DNA from: Raillietiella orientalis
Lineage: Eukaryota
DNA: 64,000 nucleotides
NCBI GenBank assembly: GCA_036172245.1
Contig: JAYWIR010000005.1
Location: 4,216,001 to 4,280,000, forward strand
Direction of reading: 5' to 3'
Made by a program: the position numbers and the translations under genes. Each line of letters starts with the position of its first letter. The stretch's first letter is position 1. This document shows positions 13,331 through 27,049 of the stretch, in pieces. The notes beneath the pieces are model-generated. The model was not told where the DNA came from. It saw nothing but the letters and a program-made list of their open reading frames with translations, and searched no databases.

Positions 13331-14314
13331 TTCTAAGTGCTCTTTTTGTGATCGATGGTCACTCATTTTGATGTGATCATCAAAAATAAGTTTTTTATAT
13401 TCTCCCTAATTTCGACAAAAGAAAGGAAACTTTGAGAGAGTGGCCTTCATTCGTTCTCCTGAGAGATATTGCACGCTCCTTCGAAATGAGAAATTTTGGA
13501 CGAGTATGACTTTATTCAGGAGAAATAGAGACATGAAGTCACTCATTTTATGAGGTCACTGCAAGATTCAAGGTACCTTGAAAGACGATTTCGTCTTGGA
13601 GTGTGTCCCCAAGGCAGGCACGCGCTCCCTTCCGTAGTACTGGATAGGCAATATAGTATGCTCCGCTTCCTCCACACAGGATTAGCCATAAAGGAGTATT
13701 CGTGGACAAATCATGAAAAAGCAATTTATTGGATCTGCACACTCTGTGCAGATGGAGATGACACAAGAGATTTTGCAGAGGCGATGTCGCTCACTGCGTA
13801 TGCAGCAACTCCACTCCAAGTTTCATTGAAACAAAAGACTCGTTAAGAACTCATCTCCCTTCAGATGAGGCTAAGACAGGAGCTCAAGGTTAGCTCAGAG
13901 ATCAGAGCAAAAATCCACTCTCTTCAGACATGCTCTCGTAAGATCGACTCGAAAGGAAGTGTTCAGCATATGAGGGGGAGCATGAATTCTGTGATGTAAC
14001 CATTAGTGCAGAAAACAAGACTCAGAAAGTTTTGAATGCAGGGAATGATACGCCGTTGAAGTCATGATAAAGAAGATGTAAGAGTTTGTATTTTCGAGTC
14101 GAAAACCACTGTAGATTTCTTAAGAATTGAAAATAGTATCCGCTTTTGATGAAGACAGTTGCTTATCTTGTACCTTGCTTTGGTCCAAACTGCAAACATT
14201 TTGCTTACTTTGCAAAACATCAGGTGCGTTTCTTCAGAGGGGGGATGTCTCCAACGAAGCAACCGTCTTCAACAGTTTCTTGACTTTGCAGTAAACATGC
14301 AGATGAGCAATCTT

Positions 14315-17300
14315 TCATGTGACCTTCGTTTGAAATTGTTTCCATGGATGAGGAGGTATTTCTACCTCCGTTCGTTTTAACCACACCCGGTATAATATTC
14401 GGAAGTGCCTATACGAATCTGAAGTCACGAGTCTCTTTAAAACTGGTCGCACTGGTTTCTTGGCTTCCTGTGAAAAGGAAGAAAAAGAAAAAAATCACAA
14501 GAACACAGTATTTTACGAAAATTACCATGCTCAACTCCGCCTTTCTTGCAGTTTGCAAACATTTTTCGAGCATCAGCAAACTCTTAGCATTAGGCTTTAT
14601 TTCTTGTTTAGTATATTCGTTTAATATATAATAGATGTACGGAAAGTTGAAGTAATAACAAGCCTGCTTCAGTAGGGCGCCGAGGATCTCCACATTGGGT
14701 CTGACAGGAACTCGTAGGAACATTTCATGAACCTGTAGTCACCAACCTGTAGCCCATGTCACTTAAATCTTTCAGCAGACATTTGGCTTCGCGCATAGAT
14801 TTGCAAGTGATGGCCAAAACTCCGAATGTCATAATGTTTGGCTTCACATGGAATAATGGAAATAGTTCTGTTACTGCCTTTCAGTGCAAGATACAAATGC
14901 AACCTTAAAGTGAGCTGACGGCCTCAACCTCGGCTTACCTTGGCTGCACTAACATCATTACGAAAACACCTTTTTCGGATCAGCAAATTGAAGAAATCAA
15001 TATCCGGCTTCAGGTTTTTCGTTTTGATTAGTGACATCAACTTCTGGAATATTTACATCGGTTGCATAACATTATTTTTATATTCAACTGAAACCAATTC
15101 CAAGATAGATTAGAAGACGAAGTTTAAAGAAAGAACCCTCAGGCTTATTTCTATCGCTTTAATGGGAAACAAGCACGAATCGCATAGGCATTACATCAGT
15201 GAGATCTGAGGCTTTCTGAAGTTCATCAAGTAACCTTTTAGAAGTGAGGTTGGTTAGTGCTTCAATTCAAAAAAAACAAATACCAGCACACATAAATGAA
15301 ATTCCTGGTACACTGAAAACACCAGACACACTGTGAACGGTTCATAAATGATGCTGCGTAAGCAAAACCACAGAACCACAGGCATTAAAACCCATGGTTA
15401 TTAGGGACTCGTCTAGCTCAAGACTGATTGTCCTGTGAGCCGAATAAAACGAGTCACTAATATTAAAAAAATCAAGATACCAGCTGAACCTGTACGGCAT
15501 GTTAGAATCACATGTGGAAACACACGGATATAAGGAATGTTATATAAACACCTCCTCCACAGCAATGGATGGCTTTATAAATGGCAAAACAGGAAGACAA
15601 ATTTGAATGAAAAAAACACATGGTAAGCGGGAAGAGGAAAAAAATCCGTGTGAAAATGTGCATACTGATATTTGATATCTATTCGTTCTACGAGTTTCGT
15701 CATGATTAGCTGAAGAGCATGACTCCATTAAGCGTGCAATGTAAAAAATACTGTGAGGATCTACAATCGTGCAAGTCCATGGCAGTCATCATCACATGCA
15801 ATCACCAAAGCCGAAGCACTCACTTTTCGGTGACCTGATCGAAATAAACCATTTGCATGTTAAACCTGAGTTTCACATTCAAATCAACTACTTATAAGTT
15901 ACACAGAAATGCTATTGTCTTGTTTTTTTTTTGGAAAAGTCGCTCGAATACTAATCTGACTGCAAAATTGCATCGTTCATTAATCTGCTTTCTAATTCGA
16001 ATGCATAGTCGAAAAGACGTCATATAGTCACGTGACACTAACATGTTATCCCTGGATTGCGTTTAAGACCAAAAGCCAGGGGGAATGAACACAACCCTTT
16101 CACTGAAAAAAAATTGAATAGAAGGATTACATACAAACTTAATAGTGGAAATGAACTGAAAATTATACAGAATATCCTGGGATCAAGCTCTTCCACTTCT
16201 GACTTCCCAGTTCTTCGACACGGTTCCACGCCACCCGAGGGTGGGTAATTCTTCAAGATAGAGGATACCTCGGAAGCGGTCCGCCCTATGAATCCAGGAA
16301 GGGCTAGTAGTCCATTCCTCTCACGCCTGGGGAGGGATCCCCAGAAACAGAGATCACCTCCACCCTGGTTGTCTCCGAACGGGAATCCCAAAGGGATTCT
16401 CCTTCCTTTTTCTCTCCGGAGGACCTCCGGAGGATTCCGCTCCATTTTTTCTTCATCAAAGGGAACCCGGAAAGGATCCGCTAGTAGGAATTTCTTCTCC
16501 GGAGAGATCCCCTGCAAGGGATCCGCTCCTGTTTTTACTCCTCTGAAGAGAACCCAGAAGGGACGCTTCCGAAATTCAGAAGGACGCAGCTTCCAAGGGA
16601 CCGGCTCGCTTCTCTGCACTCTCTGGGGAGGTGGTGGCGACACACCTACTCCATCGGTACGACGCGGAGGATCTCCCCGGAATAGGGGGTCCGCTCCTTC
16701 ACAACGGGAGGAGGAACTCTCCACTCCGTGATTCCTGGAAGGACGCGGAGGTCGACTCCCATTCGTCCCGGCCCTCATCGGGGGCATTCGGTTTTAACCG
16801 CTACCAGTGCCGCACCCGGATGAATGGAGGCCGACCAGCGTCATCTTGCAGGAAAAGGAACTCGGAACCCACGACGCACTGCGTCGATTCAGTTCGGAGT
16901 ATTCGAACCCACGACGCATGGTGCCACGCGCGGAGACCACCGTAACCTCCGACGCGAGCGCTTCTGAGATGACTGTAAGGCGCAGATCTGTTGATCTGGC
17001 GCCTTACAGTTCGTACTCATACTCGTTCGTGCCACAATTTTTTTCCCCTTTGTTTGTTTGTTTGGGCATCGACCAATGCAAAACATAATAGAAAAATCCA
17101 TGTACAAGTTTCGACACCTATGGGTGACTACCTGGGTCTTTTTTTCCTTTTTGTGTTTATCCTACTTTAATGGACTAAGATGTGACGAGATTTTTATATC
17201 AAATCCAAGGTAGTTTTCTGGTAGACGCTCTTTAAGAGCTAATTTGAGTACTACCAACTGAAAACCCCATAAAACAACAATTTTGTTCCGGATAGAGAAA

Positions 17301-20300
17301 TGCATATTCTAGATGATGCTGAGGTAAGAAGCAGATAAAAATACAGCTAGAATAAAGTGCTTTCTTAGCTACACGACGAAAAAATTGAACTGTGTTCGTA
17401 GCAAGGAATCTATAACATACACTACACAGTTGAGCAATGAGCACCCTTTCTATTCGTCAGCCTCTAAACCACTATAAAAATTTTACTTACCTCTTCGTGT
17501 TCTGTACTCGAAGGAATCATTTCCAAACATAAGGAAAGGGTTTTGATATCTGGACTCGCTCCATCTTTTTCCATGTTGGCGATTACACCATCAAGGCCAC
17601 CTATCAAAAAGAACCTACGAACATAGATTTGAAAGTTTTGCGTTATTGCTCTCACTTGAGTAAAGTGTATGAAATATGCAACATCATTAGTTGTACTTTC
17701 AATAAAAGATGGGCAACATGGTACATGCACTTCGGCCTGAAGTACAACCAGTACAAGAGTTCATTCAACGCGACTTCCCTCTCTATTCGAAGAGTACATT
17801 TAGTTTCTGATCCAAAATAAATTGTTTGTAGAACATCGACATAAGACCAATCCAGCACTGAACTGTCGGCCGAGTATTCGAATTCCAAAGGATAAAATCA
17901 CTTATTATTCAATATTAAGGAGCACTCAATTCATCCCTTGCACAGCATTTACAACGTTTCCCATAGAAAGGGAATCTCCTACCATACATGCACTTCATTT
18001 TGGGAATACATGGAATCAAGTAAAAAAATCGAGAATCTTGATATTGAAGCTCGTTCGTGAGCCTTATTCCAGGGATCATAAGCCAACGCTTTTCTGGAAG
18101 GAACATTTATTTCCTGGAAGGCATGCCAAAAGTGGAGGAGTTTGATTCTGTACAATGTTTCAGCAGATTTCCACAATTAAATCTCTTTGTGATTATGAAA
18201 CTACTGTTTAAGAAAATCAACTCGAACGACAGACACAATTAGATTAACATTATACATCTAATTGAAATGGTATAAACAAAATACTTTATTATGTAAAGCC
18301 TGATTGTTCTTCACACCATAAGATTTGGGAATAAACATGCAAGTATCGTTTACTGCATACGAGTACGGATCGTTTACTATTGATTTCATATCCTGGACGT
18401 TATTACTCATAAAATAAATAGAAACTGTTCCACATATACTCGGAGGAATGAACCACATACGAATAACCATGCGTATTAATCATGTGTACAATATATGCCA
18501 TTCAGTCGTATTACTATGAATATTTACACTGAGTTGAATCTGTATTATTTACCACGCTAATATTCGCAATGAACAGGAACTACTGTACTCCATGTTCCTT
18601 GTTTTTAAGTTAGGATTGTACTTAACAGCTGCGTGTGTCTCACAGAGTGCGGGTAAAAAAGTTGAGCAAGGAAAATCAGTTTTCATGGAATAATGGGATA
18701 CATACGTGCACGGGTTCATTACATATACCGATACCAATATACAATTATGAAACTATGAGAGCAGAGGAATGTAAGGAAAAGTTAAGGCTTTTCGAGAAAA
18801 CAAATGAATCTTCCAAAACAGGCAGCTCGATTCTCGAAAAACTCACTCCGAGACAAACAGGTGCGAAGTACATGAGATTCTTCAATAGCATCGTCAGTTA
18901 TTAGGAGCCATGAAGGGAGACACGTATGTAGTAGTCAACACATGGAAAAAAACACATTTGCTACTGTAGGAAGAATAGAAAAGTTCTTCCAAGTAATGGG
19001 GCAAACATCACATGCACAATTATTCGAAATCACTCGAAATATTCGTGCATAGACGTCAGCTTGTTTGTTTCCAGAATGCTGCATGCAGTCGGAAAAATAA
19101 CTGTCAGCCAAAAAGCGTTCACTTGTTCTGGATGGCCGAGTGGACCTCATGTTAAAACACACACACACACACAATCCAAGTGATGAGTTTTGAAAAACTA
19201 CATGATCGTTTTGGTTCTTGCCTTCTACTGTAGCAGACCTAAGAATGATATGCTGCATTTTTTTCCATTCTCTTCACTCAACACTGTAACATTTCTCTGC
19301 TACTTAGTTTCTACCATGTTTCGTAATTTTTCTCCTCATGATTATCATTGGAACTATTATATGCAGTTTCATATCCAATTTCTAACGCTCCTTTAGCCAA
19401 GTCATTTGCAGGAAAAGTCATTTCACTCCAAGGATGGTATGCTTTATTTTTTATTTTTCGTAAGCAGCATTCGACATCGGTGTTTCCTGTGTACACTACG
19501 AGATTTTTCTTCGCCCCCAAGATTTACGTACATTCACAAGGAAATACCATTCCCAGATGGAAAGGATGTTCTGACTGAATATATTTCAATATACTGTCAT
19601 AATTTGATTCCAACCGTTTCGTTTCACCAATGCTGTGCTTGTAGACAGATCCCGTAAACTCCTTTGATTTAGTAATTTGACCTCTTCCACTAACTTTCCA
19701 AAGTATAGTCTCAATTGTTTACATTCCAGATCGATTTTTCAGACGCTTATTTCTCTTAGTTTGTGGAGTTTCTTGTGATCCAAGCAACTGATTCACAAGA
19801 AAATGTTTTAATCATCCCAATAAGTGGTCTTTTTCATAATCCTCCAGCTGTATCAAACAGGAAACACAAATGAGCTTTTAAACTTGGCACATCTATATAA
19901 CAGATTTTTCGAAAACTCCTTTGTCAGTCCTTTACATCCACATGCCACCACACATATTTATTTATGTTGCATTCATCATTATTATGTTCAACCACATGAT
20001 ATTTTCCACAGTTTATCATGGCAGATATTTTATCGAGAATAGAAACATCGACTTCCAATAAAGAATTTGACTTTGATGAAAGTTTGCCTTAAGGTTCACC
20101 CTAATTTGCATATTCTGATCTCGAATTTGAAATTTATCCTTTTATCAGCTAATCTATTCATATGACAATCGCTTGATTGCCTGCGCCTTTGACTTGCCCA
20201 TTACAAATTGTTCTTATGTACAAATTTTCCTACTAAAAACATTAATTTCCTTGTCATCATTGTCCATTATCATCAAACATTTTGATTGTTATTATTTGAG

Positions 20301-23300
20301 TTTTTGAATTTGTCAAAATGCTGGATAGATTTGTAAGCAGCCTTGCTTTACTTAAGAGGTACATACAGATGAATATTATCTCAAAATATGTTGCAAGATA
20401 TTCCCATTTGTTGTAGCATTCGGCTATCATCACCTTCATCACCATGTTTATGTTTATGCAGATACTAACAAATTCCAAACTGGATTTTTCTTCTACATGA
20501 TAATTATTCACCGAGAATAACACCAAACCCAAATGTATAGTATCCAAAATTGATTTTAAGGTTTCAAGCAAATAATAGACTTGAAAATGATGTACTAGTT
20601 AATAATGCAGAAATATCAAGATTTCAAGTTCCTAATGAACACTAAATATTATTATTGAAAAGTGCGTTAGTTTTTGTTCTTTTTTAGCTCTTTTTATCCA
20701 GAATAAGAAAATCATATTGTCAAGAAGTAAAATTTCAAAAAACTCGTTATATATTCACCGATCAGTTGCAGCTGATAATTCTTTTATCTGCATAATGGAT
20801 CCTAAAGATGGATCTTTTCCTAAGAGATCAGGAACCTGTTTCCCATTCTCAGGGCCATCAACAGATCTATCTTGAATAAGCTTCTGCCACCAAAATGGTA
20901 TACTCGTATTAGTTTCAGTTGATGATGCAATGGAATCAGAAGCCAGTAGGGCTTTGAATGACTTAGAGCTTGGCATGTTTAAAACTTGCAATCTTAATAT
21001 AGAGTTAAATAAGTGAATATCTTGACAATCACAGTCTCTAGTAGCTCTCAAAAATAAATTATATGTGTACACAGTAGGGATGATTTTAAATCTTCTCAAG
21101 ACATTCCATATCTAAAAATGATGACTGTATAAATAATAAGAAATCATAATTAATAAAACTATTACATGAAACTTTCAGGAAATAAAATATCCAACACGTA
21201 TGCTAAAGATAAAAGAATAAGATATAAGATGCTTGGTCCCCGAACTAGGTTCAATGTAAATCTGACTTTTAATCCGCAAAAGTTCACAAAAGCCTTTTCT
21301 CAGGATTTACCCTCTCATAGAAAAAAAAGTTTTGACACATTTTACAATAATCCTAAATACATTTGCAAACATTTGGAAACGAAATATTTTTTTAAAAAAA
21401 TGAATTTTTATTCCAGAATATTTCATTTTATTTCCGTTTAGAATTATTATTATTAAACAAAAAAAACTATTTTCTTTGCCTTCTCCTTTAGCTCGTCCAT
21501 GTTCTTAATGTAGATAAATCTACTGCTAATTTCAGCTTTACCAACAGGACTATGTGACATCAGATTAAAAATCAAAATATTAACAGAATATTTCCAAATA
21601 CAAACAATAATTCTAATACAATACATGAAGTCGAGAATTCCCATCAAAGTGAAAACACTCTACACTGAAAACAAGTGCATGCGAAGTTTGCTAACAGAAA
21701 AGTGCAACCTACATAATCAGACCTTCACTAAACCGAACAGTGTTCAAAATGTAAACTAAAATAAAATGTACATTCCATAAATCATGCAGACAACAATCTT
21801 CATATTAAATTATTGCCCGCATTAATAAATGACTATCATTCCTCATGCAAAAGATTGCAAACAAGCATGTTTAAAATGGTTAGAAGATGAAATTTTTTTA
21901 TCCAAATCGGAAACCATTACCTTTCTAGAGAAAACTTTTAAATGCCAAATAATACATTTTGGAATGCACTACATTTGGCATTAATTTGGGGAGGGGGTAA
22001 ACTACCATAAGGCTAACAATGAGAGGAGGAGAATCAAAAACTACAAAAACAATTAAACTTCAAATCTTTAGCTTGCATTTTCACTCCATACACAAGAATA
22101 GGACACAACACCAAATCAACATAGACCAAACAGTTCATAGGGAAGCCTTTCATCCTAATTTGAAATGCTGTAAATTAAGCATGCTAAATGTAGCAAATAA
22201 TAGAGAAAAACTTGGAAACTTTAATTAATTAATTATTTTACTTATAGCCAATGATGAATTCTAGTACCTTACAACAGGCACTAAAGAAACGGAAAGAGTT
22301 TTTAAATTCATTTTTAAATTTATTATTTTGATTATACTGATTATGCTAATGTGGTACATTGTGCATTCAAGCTGGTACTACAGTTCATTTTTTTCATCTT
22401 TTTCTTATATCCCAAAATAATTTCTATTCCTTTTGAATCTGAACAGATCCCCAACTGAATATGCATTTTGCAAAATAAATTCCTTACATTAAAAGAAATT
22501 TGACATCATTCTCACACAAAACTTCATCATTAATATTTATACCAATTCAATGCAAAGCATCCCATAAGCTTAATGTTTCCCATACATATATTTTGGATTT
22601 ATAACCTTGACCACATATGCCTATATCGAAAATCAAAAATTCTTACCAATAAAGCATAAGAAAATCCATCAGTTTTCTTCTGTATAGCCCCAAAAAAAAG
22701 AAAATTAAATGTTTCTGAGTTGAAAGGTATACTTTTACGCATCATTTCATCAATTAAGTCAAATGCTGTTACAATATCTCCACAAGAACTAAATGCTACA
22801 AAGAAAAATATTACACAAATTTTATCTGCACTTTAAATGCTAAGTGCATGCTCTGTAACAAGAAATTTACACTCAAAATCATAAAAAAATTGCATGCTGA
22901 TGATCAAGTGTAGTACTGTTTATTGCACCTTCTCACAATAAAAAACGCTTTTTTTTAAATACAAGTTTGCAGTAAAAAAATGTTTTCATAAATGTTACTG
23001 TCAATGATGCAAATTCAAGTTTTTTCTCTTATAACCCATAATAACATTATAGATGTACACTGACTTCCTTACCTTTTACCATTGCATGATAATTAATCTG
23101 ATTAATTTCTATGTTCTTATATAACATTTCATTTTTTACTTTTTTGGCTATTTCTAAAGCCTTTTCTTTAAATGGAGAGTTGGCAATTGCATTAAAAAGG
23201 GATGTGTAAGTAGGATTGCTGGGATCTAATCGACGAGCTTTCATCTGAAATACAATGAGCCAGTTTCATTAATATATTTACTAGTAATGAGGAATCAATT

Positions 23301-24178
23301 CTGATAGCTTTCAGATCTCTTAGTATAAGTATTTACTACATTTACCTTTTTTGTGGGAAATAAAATAAAATGTACATGCTTAAAGACATACACATTTTAT
23401 TACATTCTATAGTATTGAAAAATAAAATCTTAATTTAGGATCATCTTCAATGAAAAGGTATTAAAAAACAGTCTTAAAAAATTGATTTGATATTTTAATA
23501 ACTTACAAAAGTATATCAACACTAATTTAGCATTTCTGAAACTATCTACATTTATAATAAACAAAAAATTTCTTACATCATTATACAACTTAAAAGCTTT
23601 ACTACAATAGCCAACATCACCACAAGCACTTATAAGTATATTATAAATCCACCTTGTTGGTCTCACCATATCCTCTTTCAACATACGCTGATCCAATACT
23701 TGAAGTGCTTTTTGAATCTAAAGAATCAAAAACAGGAAGTGAATAATGAAAGCTTTTCTGAGACCTGTTTCTGTTTGACTAAATCTTCCATAAGCCTGGC
23801 ATACTGATCAGGAAGCAATCTCTTATTTTTAAATTCTGTAACTGTTACTCCTTCATCATCTAAGTCAAGGATTTTTGGTTCTGTTTCTTGAAGTTCTTTA
23901 TTGTAAATTGAAGGGTTAAATTTCTCATAGGACTTCTTTCCCTTATTTTTATTATTTGTAGAGCATTCGGATTCTCGTGAATAGTTATTATTTGACTTTT
24001 CGGATGATGAAATGAGTTTCTCATTGATATATTGGAATTCATCAGGTCCTCCAAATATACCGTAATCTGAAGAACCTGCATACTTTTGGCACAGATGTCT
24101 ATAGACACAAAAGCTGAACTTGTTGACCATTTTCACAAACTGGCCTGCATTGGAGGTACTACTAACTCGGTTGAACAT
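14315..24178 (-). CDS. PTCD1: Pentatricopeptide-repeat protein, PTCD1-like (mitochondrial RNA metabolism); 10 exons, 638 aa
   Basis: Exons (- strand) 24178-23765, 23717-23577, 23244-23073, 22795-22647, 21111-20759, 17614-17491, 15043-14939, 14877-14747, 14700-14526, 14467-14315; GT-AG and in phase. PPR motifs YNILISACGDVGYCSKAFKLYNDMK, PTYTSLFNAIANSP, NYHAMVKAFSSCGDIVTAFDLIDEM, TYNLFLRATRDC. PTCD1-like segments DRFFLIGG, PDIKTL, DIDFFNLLIRKR, PNIMTFGVLA and a C-terminal PHPWKQF*. Confidence 0.9.
16200..16970 (-). mobile_element. GC-rich interspersed repeat in PTCD1 intron 6; ORF1-like region of an L1/Tx1-type element
   Basis: Clear nucleotide homology (reverse complement) to 39310-40066, e.g. 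cgacacggttccacgccacccgagggt vs acccttgggtggcgtggagcagtgtc, ccctatgaatccaggaagggc vs gcccttcctggattcataggg, ccagcgtcatcttgc vs gcaagatgacgctgg. Both copies encode KMTLVGL. Confidence 0.75.
19500..20500 (-). mobile_element. AT-drifted L1-clade RT remnant in PTCD1 intron 5
   Basis: - strand IAECYNKWEYL (cf. DG..AEFY..W), SILTNSKTQII (cf. ISLLN.DYKI), GKLS and LYFG in RT order, with many stops. Confidence 0.35.
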
Positions 24179-27049
24179 TCTGGATTAAAATATCATAGCG
24201 CTGCTTTTAATTTCTTAAATGACTACAACACCCACTGTGGCTACGAAATTCAGTACTGAAAATATAGTTTCTGTGACAAGCAGTTGCCAGTGAATGCTAT
24301 GGAATTCACAAGTAGATCACTTAAGTTTACAAAAGCGATTTCTGAAGCAGAATAATTCTAAAAATTAAAAATCATCTAAATGAAAATTTTTCCACCAATT
24401 GCAGTCATCTCACAATATGAATTGTAGGATGAGGCTCTTACATAAAAGATATTCATTCATTCATGAAGATATAAAACTAGTAGTCATGAATCAAGCCAGC
24501 AGTTCGTCTTTTTATGGACGAAAGAAATTCTGCACTTGGAAAACGTTTTTAAAGAATACAGTTTTTGAAGTTGACTTCAATAACGGGTGGCTTTTTACGT
24601 GAGGTGATAAGGACATGAGGGTTTTGTTGATGCTGATGTGGCTAACAAGCAATTTATGAACTTTGTTCTGGATTGCGTACTAAACCTTGTGATTGTTTTC
24701 CCATTTATGATTTCCTACATACGACCTCCAGCGACACTACAGTACTTATACACGCACGACAAATTAAATAAACGTAACATGCTGCAGACAGAAAATGAAA
24801 TAACTTAGATTTTTTATAAAGATTGCTTTTTTTCACGTCGGAGCGTTCAACGTATGCAAACAAAATATTGGCTAGAACAAAGGTTGGAAATGTGTCTACT
24901 TATTTACTTTATGTTTTCTATATGGTACTGCACGTGAAACTGACAGGCGTACAACTTGTGTGCCTTAAGGGTTTGAAAACGAAAAAGGTTTTAACCTTTA
25001 AGTACAAGTCATGAGAACATTTTCTCCAGTGTTAGGAAATGTTGCCATATTGAGATAATATTAATACTAATTCAAATTTTCCCTAGTGGAATGGATTGAA
25101 ATACTTCCTTAATTTAATTGAAAGAAACAGGTTGACTAAATAACATGTATGTGTTTAGTCTTTATCGTTTTAGTGATTTTTCCATGATAATTTCTATATT
25201 TTATTTTCGCCTTATATGTTTTCAATCTGTACTTACACATGTGCTTGAGAGAGAGAGAGGGAAAAAAAAAATTTTCGGCTTTAGGTTTTCATAGTTCAGG
25301 TAAAAATCATTACAACTAGTGTACTACAGTCAATCATTGTGAAAATATCATTTTAAAAACAAGAAATGCTTTACATTAAGCATATAATGCATTTCTTGTT
25401 GTTAATATTAGGTAGGGGACTGTGAATTCTGAACAGGAAGGCACGAACCTCCATGAAATATTGAAAACAAGCAAAATGTTATTTAAAAAATGGCGCGCTG
25501 TGTAATAGAAAGCAACTGATTTGTCTAACTCCTCTGTAATTCGGTCATTTCCGAAGTCTCATATTTAGTAATAAGTTGAGATACATAAATATTGTGTTAG
25601 ATACTGCACTGAGATGCTTATGGAGTCAGCATTCGAGAGCATGCAGTTCACTATTTAGTAACAACAGATATAAAAGGATCAGAAGATCTCCTCCTATGGG
25701 TATTTCAACATCGCTATTCGGACAGTCATCCAGAGTCCCGTCCGGAGTTGGTTAAATTTTATTGGATGAAGGCGCCATCTGCAATTACTTCAACTTCTAA
25801 ACGATCAGCAAACCTGGACAAAAATATGAAAGCCATGGAAATTCTTAAAAAAAAAAAAACAATCTCTAGAATCACAACATTTATCTTTTCTGAGAAAAGC
25901 CTTAATAAAGCTTCACTCGAACTCCTATTCGACACACGTTTTATAATGTCTCCGTACAATAGCAACTTCTTTTTGAAGTTCTAAGGTTTTACAATCCTCT
26001 TTAAATGACTTTTCGGAAACGTGTTTAAATAGGCTGCTGAGCTGATGGAACTAAAACGAAAGAGGAAAAAAACGGTATAAAGCAAGAAACGTACATACGA
26101 TTGGAAACTTATTGAAACTCACGAGTCAAAAAAGTGTTAATTAGAGTACCTTGAAATGAATCTTCAGTAGTCATATACCCGAGTTTCCAACGAAAGATTC
26201 TTCAGTGACCATTTGGAGAGGATAACCGTATCTCCTCGTCACTTTATGAAGAGTAACACGGCTTCGAATTTGGAAGGGAACACGACGAGATCTTTCTTTC
26301 CTTCCCTCATTATATTCCCAAGATTCCCTTACTCTGGGACCGAACTCACAGGCTCACTATTCACTTTACTTATGAAAGAAATTTGCATCTAATGATGTCT
26401 TTTGCTTTTCACAAGGATGCGATGAAGATCTGCAGAAAAAAAGCGAAAAGCTAATTACTGAAAGATTCATCTTCGTGGAGATGATTTTCATAGTTCTTTC
26501 TTAATCTCCTTTATTGTCTAAAAGACATCAAGACCGATGTTCCTTTTCTCTTGAAAAACTAAGAGGAATGGTTTTCTATCTTCCTTTAGAAATTTCTTGA
26601 TATTAGAAGTGCTTCCTCTACTTAAAGATTTAACAAATTATCTTTACTTAAACATTTTTTGCAAGTGTTTTATGTAAATTAGATATGAAACAGGATACAA
26701 AGCAGGATTTTCATTCCAATCCATGCAGGTTAATACTAGGACATATCAGTTATGTACTAAAATCTGATCAAGTGACGAAGATTGAGAACTTGTGAATATT
26801 TTGGTTACGTGAAACCTACATCTTAAAGTTAGAGCCGGTTTCCTTCAGAAGTCAATGAGCTATCTGTGTCATCATTGGAAATGCAATTCTCATTACACAA
26901 GACCTTGCTTACAGGGATCGATCAAATCAATTATTTTTAATATAGATGCTTGCTAATGAATTTTTTACATTTTGCTACTATATTAGGAAACCCACTATGC
27001 TAGATTAAGAAACCAAAAAATTTATTAACAATTGTATAAACATTTATAT

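Noticed and set aside
16038..16787. 249-aa ORF, and other long GC-rich ORFs (34844-35509, 53089-53691, 53664-54524, 56755-57420), as novel genes
   Set aside because: They overlap interspersed-repeat homology or L1 ORF2 motifs, switch frame relative to homologous copies, and lack splice or codon support.
16865..16918. Two copies of gaacccacgacgca 40 bp apart, one resembling a tRNA T-arm/B box (or a mini CRISPR)
   Set aside because: Only two 14-bp units, no cloverleaf or A box, inside a TE fragment in a eukaryotic intron.
26150..26300. - strand RRVPFQIRSRVTLHK resembling a PIF1/Helitron helicase motif
   Set aside because: Single weak motif with no other helicase or Rep motifs nearby.
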